Below are positions 1 through 9,099 of a DNA stretch of 64,000 nt, piece after piece. The notes under the pieces were generated by a model that saw nothing but the letters and a program-made list of their open reading frames with translations, was not told the origin of the DNA and made no database searches. The stretch spans positions 98,704 through 162,703 of the forward strand of contig CAZFKE010000003.1 in the NCBI GenBank assembly GCA_964519475.1, in the 5' to 3' direction. The DNA is from an uncultured Sediminibacterium sp. (GTDB taxonomy: Bacteria > Bacteroidota > Bacteroidia > Chitinophagales > Chitinophagaceae). The position numbers and the translations under genes are program-made. Positions within the stretch are counted from its first letter, which is position 1. Every line of letters begins with the position of its first letter.

Positions 1-1
1 G

Positions 2-79
2 GCGCATGTTGGCGGTGCGATTGTTGGACTCCTCATCGTAATTACCTGGAACAAAACCAACAAAAAAACGTTCTATTAA
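2..79 (+). CDS. 3' end of a rhomboid family intramembrane protease (partial, runs off window start)
   Basis: Frame 2 reads AHVGGAIVGLLIVITWNKTNKKTFY*; AHxGG is the rhomboid catalytic-His helix motif, and a second rhomboid follows directly. Confidence 0.75.
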   Translation, partial: AHVGGAIVGLLIVITWNKTNKKTFY

Positions 80-106
80 GTGTAGTCATTGTAAACAGCC
101 GAAATT

Positions 107-1030
107 ATGTCTTCACCATCATACAAAACCAATCGTAAGATCTTATTAGGACAGGATAATAACGCACTTGTATTCCTATTCGCTATAAACGCATTGGTTT
201 TTGTACTCATCAATTTTGTACAGATCATTTATTACCTGTCTGATATTCCGCTGGAATTTTTCTATAAGCAGGTATTGAACTGGTTTACATTACCTGCATC
301 GGCAGATACACTTTCATCAAGGCCATGGACCTTGTTTGTATACATGTTCACGCATCATGGTATCTGGCATCTCATCAGTAGTATGTTATGGTTATGGTGC
401 TTTGGTTATATTCTTCAGGATCTTACCGGTAACGATAAACTCATACCTATTTATCTCTATGGTGGTTTTGTGGGAGGAGTGGTTTTTGTAATCATAAATA
501 ATCTTTTCCCCGCATTACAAAGTCATATTGATTCTACACAGCCTTTGTTAGGGGCCGGTCCCGCAATTATGGCTTTGGCTGTGGCTACTACCACCTTAGC
601 ACCCGATTACCGAATGTTTCCGATGATCAGCGGTGGTATACCGCTATGGGTGCTTACGCTCATCTTTGTTGCGATCGATTTTGCAACATTGGCAAGCGGT
701 AATGCCGGAAACAGTGTTGGCCATTTACTTGCAGGGGCTACGGGCTATCTTTTTATCAGGCAATTGCGAAGGGGCAGCGATTGGGGTTTGTGGATGAATA
801 ATCTGGTTGACTGGCTGGATGATCTGTTCAATCCTGAAAAAAAGCAAAAGAAAAAATCAGCCAAAGATCAACTGCATTATCAGTCTGACAGAAAACCCTA
901 CGAAAAAATATCCAATGTAACCCAGCAACGTTTAGATGCGATCCTGGATAAGATCAATCAGCAAGGCTACCAGTTTCTTACCGATGAAGAAAAAGAGTTC
1001 CTCAAAAGGGCCAGTTCAGAAGAATTATGA
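107..1030 (+). CDS. Rhomboid family membrane protein with soluble C-terminal tail, possibly catalytically inactive
   Basis: Multiple TM segments, PWTLFVYMFTH and GHLLAG motifs, C-terminal ...LDAILDKINQQGY..LT.EEKEFL tail typical of Bacteroidota tandem rhomboids. GAGP stands where GxSG is expected. Confidence 0.85.
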   Translation: MSSPSYKTNRKILLGQDNNALVFLFAINALVFVLINFVQIIYYLSDIPLEFFYKQVLNWFTLPASADTLSSRPWTLFVYMFTHHGIWHLISSMLWLWCFGYILQDLTGNDKLIPIYLYGGFVGGVVFVIINNLFPALQSHIDSTQPLLGAGPAIMALAVATTTLAPDYRMFPMISGGIPLWVLTLIFVAIDFATLASGNAGNSVGHLLAGATGYLFIRQLRRGSDWGLWMNNLVDWLDDLFNPEKKQKKKSAKDQLHYQSDRKPYEKISNVTQQRLDAILDKINQQGYQFLTDEEKEFLKRASSEEL

Positions 1031-1114
1031 TCCGGGTATAACTTATTGCGCCCTGTTCAATAACATTCACAACAGATATTCAACTACACCCCCTGATTTT
1101 TAGTAATTTAGAGC

Positions 1115-2218
1115 ATGGCAAAAAGTGTTCTTCGCCGTGTAACTAAAACAATTGTGATATCTATCAATGCGATCATATCACTGTTGTTCTTAACTGCATG
1201 CCTTTCTCCTTACCTGAACCCTACCCATTGGTGGGTGATTGGTTTTGCCGGCCTTGGTGTTCCTTATCTGGTATTGGCACTTATCTTTTTTATTATTTTC
1301 TGGCTAATGGTAAAACCCTGGATCGCTTTGCTGCCCTTGTTTACATTGGCTATCGGCTGGCAGCAATTAACAGTGATGTTTGCCTGGCACCCCGGCTCAG
1401 GCTTCAGTAAAAGACGGCACGATAATATTTTACGGATAGTGGATTGGAACGTGCAAAGCTTTAACGGGCTAAGCAAAAGCAAGGAGGTAAAAAAAATGAT
1501 CCGTAACGATCTTGCCGCCAGTATTATGAGCCAACATCCCGATCTGATCTGTTTGCAGGAGTTTAATACGGCGGCTAGCGTTGATAATATTTCCCTATTC
1601 TCAAAATGGTACCGGTATCATTACTTTTCCAGAGATTATCAGAGAGCGAGTGGTTCATATCAATCTGGCTGTATCATCTTTTCCAAATTCCCCATCATCG
1701 ATTCAGGTAAAATCAATTACCCGGTAGCAGAAAGCCTGATATATGCCGATATTGTAAAAGGCGGAGATACCATCCGGGTATATACCACCCACCTGCAATC
1801 GTTTAAATTTAAAAAAGAAGATTATAACGATATTGAAAAAATACGCGAACAGGAAGATGAAGACCTAACCGCATCCAAAAGCATCTTCCGTAAAATGAAA
1901 CTGGCTTTTAGCCGTCGAGGCATACAGGCTAATATGGTTAGGGAAGAAATAGACAAAAGTCCTTACCCTTCCGTTATCTGTGGCGATTTTAATGATGTAC
2001 CTAATTCTTATGCCTATTTCCGCATAAGAGGAGAACGGCGGGATGCTTTCCTGGAAAAAAGCTTTGCCATCGGCCGCAGCTTTATTGCCCTGGCACCCAC
2101 TTTGCGAATCGATTATATACTCCCCACCCGCCAATTTATCATAAAGCAATTCGATATGGTGGATGAGGGGCTTAGCGACCATATTATGCTGGTATCTGAT
2201 ATTCTTTTGCAAAAATGA
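1115..2218 (+). CDS. Endonuclease/exonuclease/phosphatase (EEP) family protein with N-terminal TM helices
   Basis: Motifs WNV, DLICLQE, THLQS, VICGDFND, RIDYI, SDH. Confidence 0.9.
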   Translation: MAKSVLRRVTKTIVISINAIISLLFLTACLSPYLNPTHWWVIGFAGLGVPYLVLALIFFIIFWLMVKPWIALLPLFTLAIGWQQLTVMFAWHPGSGFSKRRHDNILRIVDWNVQSFNGLSKSKEVKKMIRNDLAASIMSQHPDLICLQEFNTAASVDNISLFSKWYRYHYFSRDYQRASGSYQSGCIIFSKFPIIDSGKINYPVAESLIYADIVKGGDTIRVYTTHLQSFKFKKEDYNDIEKIREQEDEDLTASKSIFRKMKLAFSRRGIQANMVREEIDKSPYPSVICGDFNDVPNSYAYFRIRGERRDAFLEKSFAIGRSFIALAPTLRIDYILPTRQFIIKQFDMVDEGLSDHIMLVSDILLQK

Positions 2219-2347
2219 AATATCTTCGCAGTCCAATGAAATACCCACACCTATATAGTTGTTGCTGTTAAACAGCCCTTTGTTCCGGCAAAACAATCGC
2301 TGGTCCTTTGTAATCCTCATTTCTAATCTGTAATCCTTATAGATCGC

Positions 2348-3856
2348 ATGCCACTTAAAGTATACAATTCGTTAACCCGGCAGAAAGAAACCTTTACACC
2401 CATTAATGCTCCTTATGTAGGTATGTACGTGTGCGGGCCTACCGTTAGTGGTGAAAGCCATCTTGGTCACGCAAGGCCTTATGTTACGTTTGATATTCTG
2501 TATCGTTACCTGAATCACCTGGGTTATAAAGTACGCTATGTGCGCAACCTTACCGATGCCGGGCATTTTGAAGAAGAGGGCCGGGAGGCAGAAGATAAGA
2601 TCAGTACAAAAGCAGTACTCGAAAAACTGGAGCCGATGGAGCTGGTGCAGAAATACACCAATCTCTACCATTGGGCCATGGCTTTATTAAATAATCTTCC
2701 GCCAAGCATAGAACCTACGGCTACCGGGCATATTGTGGAGCAGATAGAAATGATCAAAAAGATTATTAAAGATGGATATGCTTACGAAGTAAATGGCTCT
2801 GTTTATTTTGATGTAGAAAAATACAATACGGATTATTCAAAAAAAAATCAGCCCTACGGAATTTTGAGCGGGCGTGTTCTGGAAGATCAGCTTGATAGTA
2901 CACGCGACCTTGATAACCAGGATGAAAAACGTAACCGAAGCGATTTTGCTTTGTGGAAGAATGCGCCACCGGAACATATCATGCGCTGGCAAAGCCCATG
3001 GGGCGAGGGTTTCCCGGGATGGCACATTGAATGTTCTGCGATGAGTACGAAATATTTAGGTGAAGAATTTGATATACACGGCGGTGGTATGGATTTGCAG
3101 TTTCCGCATCACGAATGTGAAATTGCACAAAGCACGGTATGCAATCATAAAATGCCGGCACGTTACTGGATGCACAATAATATGATCACCATTAATGGCC
3201 GTAAGATGGGGAAGAGCTATAATAATGTGATCAAGCTAAGCGAACTGTTCAGTGGCGCGCATCCGATATTGGAGCAGGCGTATCATCCGATGACGATCCG
3301 TTTCTTCATCTTGCAAAGCCATTACCGCGGTACACTTGATTTTAGTAATGAAGCCCTGCAGGGATCGGAAAAAGCATTCAAACGTTTGTGGGAAGCATTC
3401 GACTGGGTAAGCCAGTGGTTGGTAAAAGAAGGGCAGGTTGCTTCTGATAAAGAACTGGATAGCAAAGTACAGAAACTCGTTAATGAATTTACCGAGTTTA
3501 TGGATGACGACATGAGTACGGCCAAAGTATTGGCCAATATGTTTGAACTGGTATCGATAATCAATTCGATAAGAGACAAGCATATTGATACTGATGCGTT
3601 AAGTGCCGAAACGGTAGTATTGCTTCGAAATCAAATGCGTCTTTTTATAGAAGATATCTTTGGCTTAAAAGGAGATCATCGCGCTGATAACAGCGGTAAA
3701 CTGGACGGCGTCCTTCAATTACTGATCGATATCCGTAAAGAAGCCAAACGCAGAAAAGATTTCGTTACCAGCGACAAAATCCGCAACGAACTCGCCGCCC
3801 TGGGGGTACAGTTGAAAGACGAGAAGGATGGGGGGATGAGTTATACGATTGCCTAG
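2348..3856 (+). CDS. cysS: Cysteine--tRNA ligase
   Basis: [12 protein letters not shown] (HIGH), [34 protein letters not shown]. Confidence 0.98.
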   Translation: MPLKVYNSLTRQKETFTPINAPYVGMYVCGPTVSGESHLGHARPYVTFDILYRYLNHLGYKVRYVRNLTDAGHFEEEGREAEDKISTKAVLEKLEPMELVQKYTNLYHWAMALLNNLPPSIEPTATGHIVEQIEMIKKIIKDGYAYEVNGSVYFDVEKYNTDYSKKNQPYGILSGRVLEDQLDSTRDLDNQDEKRNRSDFALWKNAPPEHIMRWQSPWGEGFPGWHIECSAMSTKYLGEEFDIHGGGMDLQFPHHECEIAQSTVCNHKMPARYWMHNNMITINGRKMGKSYNNVIKLSELFSGAHPILEQAYHPMTIRFFILQSHYRGTLDFSNEALQGSEKAFKRLWEAFDWVSQWLVKEGQVASDKELDSKVQKLVNEFTEFMDDDMSTAKVLANMFELVSIINSIRDKHIDTDALSAETVVLLRNQMRLFIEDIFGLKGDHRADNSGKLDGVLQLLIDIRKEAKRRKDFVTSDKIRNELAALGVQLKDEKDGGMSYTIA

Positions 3857-3860
3857 TAGT

Positions 3861-3908
3861 ATTATGCATGTTGAATGCTTCTTTCATTTACCATGCAACC
3901 TGCATAAT
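3861..3908. repeat. Imperfect inverted repeat between convergent cysS and merC-like gene (possible bidirectional terminator)
   Basis: ATTATGCATGTTGAATG (3861-3877) vs CATGCAACCTGCATAAT (3892-3908), 2 mismatches. Confidence 0.6.
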
Positions 3909-3911
3909 AAG

Positions 3912-4304
3912 CTAATGGTCACAATCATCTGCATGTGCATGATTATGCACCCGACATAAACGGAAATTGATAAAATGAGCGGTTACAATACAGGCTACGG
4001 CAGGGATTAAAAACCAATTTCTCCAATCATGCCAATACATTTTGGCCAATAAAAAGGCAATTCCTGCTGCAAACAACACCATGGGTAGCCATCTGTGATG
4101 GTGCTTTTTATGCCCGTGATAGAGTGAATAAGCGCCTACGGCAAACGCAATGCCAATCATCAGGTATTCAAACCCACGGTTCTCAATAATATTAATCCCG
4201 AATAAAGGCAGGCTGGTGAGGAATAAGGGCAATAGGGCGCAGTGGATGGCGCAGGCGAGGGAAGACGTAATTCCCAATGCATCCCAGTTGATTTTTCTGT
4301 TCAT
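3912..4304 (-). CDS. MerC-domain membrane protein (putative metal transporter)
   Basis: DALGITSSLACAIHCALLP N-terminal motif, four TM segments, His-rich loop (GHKKHHH) and tail (HNHAHADDCDH). Confidence 0.85.
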   Translation of the reverse strand: MNRKINWDALGITSSLACAIHCALLPLFLTSLPLFGINIIENRGFEYLMIGIAFAVGAYSLYHGHKKHHHRWLPMVLFAAGIAFLLAKMYWHDWRNWFLIPAVACIVTAHFINFRLCRVHNHAHADDCDH

Positions 4305-4311
4305 CAGTCTG

Positions 4312-4342
4312 CAAAAATAGGCTAATGCAACAATGTTGCAAA
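4312..4342 (-). promoter_or_regulatory. Bacteroidota-type promoter of the merC-like gene containing a perfect 7-1-7 palindrome (Fur/Zur-type operator)
   Basis: Minus strand TTTG (4342-4339), 19 nt spacer, TATTTTTG (4319-4312); TGCAACA-A-TGTTGCA at 4326-4340 overlaps the spacer and the -33 box. Confidence 0.7.
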
Positions 4343-4412
4343 ATATTTGTTGAGAGGTTTCCTTTGCTATCCAAAGCCTGTGGAAACGTAACTTTGTCCT
4401 TCAATTTTTGGT

Positions 4413-5072
4413 ATGAGTAGAAAGATCTTAGGTTATATCGTGTTTTTTGTGGTATTGGTAGGTGTATTCTATTATTTCCTTTTCCGCGGAACGGATAAAT
4501 GGAAAACCAAACTACCGGTGATCAGTTATGTAAAACCCTTTCAGTTTACTACACAGGATGGGTTGGCTTATACAGACAGGGATATGCTGGGCAAAGTTTG
4601 TGTGATAGAATATTTCTTTACCACCTGTAAAGGCATTTGCCCGAAAATGAATACTCATATGAAAACCATCTATGAAGCATTTAAAGAAGAACCCAATTTC
4701 ATGATCGTATCACATACCTGTAACCCTGGCACCGATTCTGCCGCCCGGCTGAAAGTGTATGCGGATTCTATGAAGATTGATACAAAGAAATGGGTATTGC
4801 TTACCGGACGTAAAGACAGTTTGTACCAAATTGCACGCACTGCCTATCTGTTGGATGACCCTAAGAACAGTGTTGAGAAAATTGAAGACCAGTTTATACA
4901 CACACAATTTTTTGCATTGGTAGATAAAGATGGTAAAGTACGCGGGCAGGTGTATGACGGCTTAAAACAGGCAGAATTGGACAGGCTGAAAAAAGATATC
5001 AAATCCCTGCTGGCAGAAAAAGCCGGTACAGCTAATTTTGTAAACGGGATTTTTAATAACAACCCACAATAA
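4413..5072 (+). CDS. SCO1/SenC family copper chaperone
   Basis: N-terminal TM anchor, FFTTCKGICP (CxxxC), WVLLTG, IHT motif. Confidence 0.92.
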   Translation: MSRKILGYIVFFVVLVGVFYYFLFRGTDKWKTKLPVISYVKPFQFTTQDGLAYTDRDMLGKVCVIEYFFTTCKGICPKMNTHMKTIYEAFKEEPNFMIVSHTCNPGTDSAARLKVYADSMKIDTKKWVLLTGRKDSLYQIARTAYLLDDPKNSVEKIEDQFIHTQFFALVDKDGKVRGQVYDGLKQAELDRLKKDIKSLLAEKAGTANFVNGIFNNNPQ

Positions 5073-5077
5073 ACAGT

Positions 5078-5494
5078 ATGCTGTACGGTATCAACGAAAC
5101 ACTGAAAAAGAGCCAGCTGAGCGTAACAGACAGCCGTAAAAAAATACTCGAACTTTTTATGCGTTCCAGCGGTGCCCTGGCACATGCCGATATAGAACAC
5201 GAGAGTGGCACCGAGTTCGACCGCGTAACGATTTACAGAACACTGCAAACCTTTGTAGAAAAAGGCATCATTCATACCATACCAACCGCAGATAATTCTG
5301 TTCGTTATGCTTTATGCAAGGATGAATGTTCGGAAGGCCGTCATCATGATAACCACGTACATTTTATGTGCGATGATTGTGGAACCACGTATTGCCTGGA
5401 CCATGTAAGCGCACCTGAATTGGTTTTGCCAGACGGTTTTTCGGCAAGCCGAACTGATGTAGTGGTTAGTGGTAAGTGTAAGAACTGCGCATAG
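5078..5494 (+). CDS. Fur-family transcriptional regulator (Zur-like)
   Basis: TDSRKKIL, DRVTIYRTLQTF winged HTH, HHDNHVHFMCDDC and C-terminal CKNC Zn-binding motifs. Confidence 0.9.
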   Translation: MLYGINETLKKSQLSVTDSRKKILELFMRSSGALAHADIEHESGTEFDRVTIYRTLQTFVEKGIIHTIPTADNSVRYALCKDECSEGRHHDNHVHFMCDDCGTTYCLDHVSAPELVLPDGFSASRTDVVVSGKCKNCA

Positions 5495-5529
5495 AAAACC
5501 CGTATTTATCTCATTTAATCAATTTTATG

Positions 5530-5556
5530 TGACAGGTTCTGCCTGTCATTTTTTTT
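5530..5556 (+). terminator. Rho-independent terminator after SCO-Fur operon
   Basis: TGACAGG-TTCTG-CCTGTCA followed by 8 T. Confidence 0.8.
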
Positions 5557-5584
5557 GTATCGTATCTTCGTAAAAATCGAGCAC

Positions 5585-6559
5585 ATGATCTTAGTAACGG
5601 GCGCCACCGGTTTGGTAGGCTCACACCTGTTGAAGCAACTGGTTGCCAATGGTAAAAAAGTAAAGGCGCTCTACCGATCAGCTGTTCCAAACATAGAGGG
5701 TACAGAAGGGGTGCAATGGGTTCGGGGAGATATACTCGATGTGATCTCACTGGAAGAAGCCATGCCGGGTGTGAAACAGGTATACCATTGCGCGGCCATG
5801 GTAAGCTTTCATCCTAAAAAGAAAGAACAGCTTCATCAAACCAATATAGAAGGAACAGCCAACGTAGTCAATGCCTGCTTAAATGAAGGCGTAGATAAAT
5901 TATTGTTTGTAAGTTCTGTAGCGGCACTTGGCAGGATACGGGAAGATACACCCATCAATGAAACGATGAACTGGTCAGAAGAAACCAGTAACAGTGAATA
6001 TGGCAAGAGTAAATATTTTTCGGAAATAGAAGTATGGAGGGGCATTGGTGAAGGATTGAACGCGGTGATCGTAAACCCGGTGATTATTCTGGGTGCGGGC
6101 AACTGGACAAAAGGCTCCTCCGAATTATTCAAATCTGCTTACGATGAATTTCCATGGTATACAGAAGGTACAGGTGGGTTTGTAGATGTAATGGATGTGG
6201 TAAAAGCAATGATACTGCTGATGGAAAATAATGTTTCAGCAGAAAGGTTTATCCTGAGTGCCGACAATCTTTCTTACAGGGAAGTGTTTACAAGGATTGC
6301 AAAGAATTTCGGTAAAAAGCCGCCATATAAAAAAGTAACGCCTTTGTTATCAGCCATTGTATGGAGATGGGAAGCTATAAAAGCCATGTTTACCGGCAAA
6401 GATCCCCTGCTAACCAAAGAAACGGCCCGTACCGCTTCTGCCAAAGTGCAGTTTGATAACCAGAAACTGAAATTGTTCTTTCCCGGTTTTCAATATACAG
6501 CCATCCCTATATCTCTGCAAAGAATCTGCGAAGAGTTAACTATCAAACATCGCTTATAA
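5585..6559 (+). CDS. NAD-dependent epimerase/dehydratase (dihydroflavonol-reductase-like extended SDR)
   Basis: MILVTGATGLVG Rossmann motif, VYHCAA, VSSVAALG, YGKSK (YxxxK). Start set at ATG 5585. Confidence 0.9.
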   Translation: MILVTGATGLVGSHLLKQLVANGKKVKALYRSAVPNIEGTEGVQWVRGDILDVISLEEAMPGVKQVYHCAAMVSFHPKKKEQLHQTNIEGTANVVNACLNEGVDKLLFVSSVAALGRIREDTPINETMNWSEETSNSEYGKSKYFSEIEVWRGIGEGLNAVIVNPVIILGAGNWTKGSSELFKSAYDEFPWYTEGTGGFVDVMDVVKAMILLMENNVSAERFILSADNLSYREVFTRIAKNFGKKPPYKKVTPLLSAIVWRWEAIKAMFTGKDPLLTKETARTASAKVQFDNQKLKLFFPGFQYTAIPISLQRICEELTIKHRL

Positions 6560-6600
6560 AAAACCGATCGGAGTATAAGCACAGGTTTTCCCTTTCCCAA

Positions 6601-7545
6601 TTATTCCATCACCTTCTTCCATAACTCCGGGATCCTTTTTATCCAAACCAATTCCCTTCTTTTAATCGAAGCATCTTCTGCCGGGTATCCAAAATAGGTT
6701 TTGCCACCCGCCAGTGAAGAAGGAACACCACTTTGTGCGAGAACCACCGCATTGGCGCCAATGGTTAGTGTTTTACTTACGCCAACCTGTCCCCAAAGGG
6801 TTACACCATCTTCGATAATGGTTCCGCCAGCAATACCCACTTATGCGGCAAATAAACAATTTTTACCAATATGGGTATCATGGCCAATATGCACCATATT
6901 ATCCATTTTGGTTCCCTGGCCAATTCTTGTTTCTGCAGTAACACCGCGATCGATGGTGCAGCCGGCACCAATTTCTACATGGTTCTCTATAATTACATTA
7001 CCGCAACTCTGCATTCTTTTATACCAAAGCTCACGGTTCTTTTTGGTGTTATAATAAAACGCATCACTACCGATTACTGTACCTGCCTGTATCACTACAT
7101 GATCACCGATCACTGTATAATCTAGTAATGAAACATTGGGATGTATAACACAATGTTTGCCAATACTCACTTTATGCCCGATAAAAACATTAGGCATAAT
7201 TACCGAGCCTTCGCCAACGATCGCATCATCGCTGATGGATTGACTGGAAGGAATAAAAGGGCGGAAATGATTGACAATTTTGAGATAAGCTTCAAAGGGA
7301 TCATTACAAACAAGGATTGCTTTTCCTTCGGGTATGCTAACGTCTTTTGTGTTAATGATGACAAAGCTTGCTTCACTTTGTAAGCAGGTATCATAGTATT
7401 TAGGATGATCAACAAAAACAAGATCACCGGTTTCTACTTTGTGTATTTCATTGATTCCGGATGCCTGTGCGTTTGTATTGCCTGCTGCTTCGGCATTGAT
7501 CAATTCGGCTATCCATTGTACGGAAACGGGTGCTGGAAACTTCAT
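6601..7545 (-). pseudogene. lpxD: LpxD-like hexapeptide acyltransferase interrupted by one in-frame TAA at 6841-6843
   Basis: Continuous frame from ATG 7545 (MKFPAPVS...GINEIH...IDRG...KMDNMVHIGHD...CLFAA*VGIAGGT...LWGQVG...) to TAA 6601; the two ORF-track pieces are in the same frame and abut at the stop. May be a paralogue rather than the main lpxD. Confidence 0.85.
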
Positions 7546-7890
7546 ATGGCGGTTTTTTAGAAAAATCAAAGGTAATATTACTCTTTCAGCAGAATTTTTT
7601 TTTAACTGTTTTCAGGGCTTTTTTGTTGCCTGCAGAGCTGTTTTTTTCCGATTGCAAAATGATGTGTTGTAAAAAAATTATTTTATGGTGATGTGCTGAA
7701 ACCCTTTATTCATCAATGTTTCAATAAAGTGAAAAAAATAAAAATGAAAAGCCGCAGCAAAAAAACAAACATAAACTTGTGTATGTACGCCGCGTTTTTA
7801 AAGCCAGCTATTCACATATCCCCCCAAAATGTTAATAAAATTGTTTAAATTTTTTTTTGCATTAGTTAAAAGTCTTTTTAATATTGTGTA

Positions 7891-7960
7891 GGGAAATTTA
7901 TTTCCCGGTACTTACTAACCCATCCATATACAAAGTCTCGCTTCTGCGGGACTTTTGTTT
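7891..7960 (+). ncRNA. Candidate short structured RNA or attenuated leader ending in an intrinsic terminator
   Basis: 5' hairpin GGGAAA-TTTA-TTTCCC (7891-7906), A/C-rich linker, terminator AAAGTCTCGC-TTCT-GCGGGACTTT plus T-run (7932-7960); no + strand gene lies immediately upstream. Confidence 0.4.
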
Positions 7961-7964
7961 TTGT

Positions 7965-8555
7965 ATGAACACGTACTTCCTAATTTATAAACCTTACCAG
8001 GTATTATCACAATTCTCTCCGCAGAAAGGAAAGCAAACACTTGCCGATTTTTTTACCGTTCCGAAAGATGTTTATCCTGTTGGAAGATTGGATTATGACA
8101 GTGAAGGCTTATTACTATTAACAAACGATACGTTGTTAAACAACCGCCTGCTTCATCCAAAGTTTGCACATGAGCGGGAGTATTGGGTGCAGGTGGATGG
8201 TGCGATTAACAATGCAGCGATCGATACATTGCAAAAAGGAGTTACCATTACTTTAGATGGAAAAGCGTATCAGACAAAACCCTGTAAAGTTGCTTTGTTT
8301 GAAAATAACCCAGCACTACCCGAAAGAAACCCGCCTATCCGTTTTAGAAAGGAAATTCCTGCACCCTGGATCTGTATGATACTGACAGAAGGGAAAAACA
8401 GGCAGGTTAGAAAGATGACCGCACAGTCGGGATTTCCTACCTTGCGTTTGGTGCGTTACCGAATAGAAGAACTGATGTTGGGTAACTTGCAACCCGGCGA
8501 AATGATCCAATTATCACAAACAGCTATCTACCAAAAACTGTTTCATGGCAAATAA
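7965..8555 (+). CDS. rRNA pseudouridine synthase, RluE/RsuA family
   Basis: YKPYQVLSQF, GRLDYDSEGLLLLTND (catalytic Asp), EGKNRQVRKM, PTLRLVR. Start set at ATG 7965. Confidence 0.93.
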   Translation: MNTYFLIYKPYQVLSQFSPQKGKQTLADFFTVPKDVYPVGRLDYDSEGLLLLTNDTLLNNRLLHPKFAHEREYWVQVDGAINNAAIDTLQKGVTITLDGKAYQTKPCKVALFENNPALPERNPPIRFRKEIPAPWICMILTEGKNRQVRKMTAQSGFPTLRLVRYRIEELMLGNLQPGEMIQLSQTAIYQKLFHGK

Positions 8556-9006
8556 CACAGATTTTGAAAAAAATGGATACTCGATCAGTACGGATAATGC
8601 TAAACTGGATATGGGATTTATCCATCAGTATCTATCGGAAGAATCTTATTGGGCACAAAACATTCCTTTGGAAGTTGTGCGGCGTTCTATTGAAAACTCT
8701 CTTTGCTTCGGTCTATATCATCAAGATAAACAGATTGGATTTGCCAGATTGGTAACCGATAAAGCCACATTTGCTTACCTGGCAGATGTATTTATTATTG
8801 AAATGTACCGCGGTAAGGGTTTATCTAAATGGTTAATACAATTTATTCATACCTATCCGGACGTTCAGGGATTACGTCGCTGGCTGTTAGGTACTAAAGA
8901 TGCGCATGGTTTATACGCCCAATTTGGCTGGAAGCCCATTCCCGAAGACCTGATACATCGCTTTATGCAAATTCATAATCCGGAAGTATATACGCCTAAG
9001 GTTTAA
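8545..9006 (+). CDS. GNAT family N-acetyltransferase
   Basis: QIGFAR, AYLADVFI, YRGKGLSKWL acetyl-CoA motif, AHGLYAQFGW. Confidence 0.92.
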   Translation: MANNTDFEKNGYSISTDNAKLDMGFIHQYLSEESYWAQNIPLEVVRRSIENSLCFGLYHQDKQIGFARLVTDKATFAYLADVFIIEMYRGKGLSKWLIQFIHTYPDVQGLRRWLLGTKDAHGLYAQFGWKPIPEDLIHRFMQIHNPEVYTPKV

Positions 9007-9059
9007 TGCAGAACGCAGAACGCTTTTTCATAAGCGTTTTGCGTTCTGCGTTTCGCATT
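9005..9059. repeat. Inverted repeat built from GCAGAAC heptamers
   Basis: GCAGAAC-GCAGAAC-GCT (9008-9024) vs AGC-GTTTTGC-GTTCTGC-GTTTCGC (9033-9056). Confidence 0.8.
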
Positions 9060-9099
9060 TAGCTTAATAAAGCTAAATTTGCGCTCTATTCAAAAAGTT

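Noticed and set aside
3912-4304. Mercury-resistance locus
   Set aside because: No merA, merR, merT or merP nearby; the context (Fur-type box, SCO, Zur-like regulator) points to essential-metal homeostasis.
6841-6843. Selenocysteine, pyrrolysine or alternative genetic code explanation for the lpxD internal stop
   Set aside because: The codon is TAA, not TGA or TAG, and TAA terminates many intact genes in the window (rplM, rpsI, tsf, pheS).
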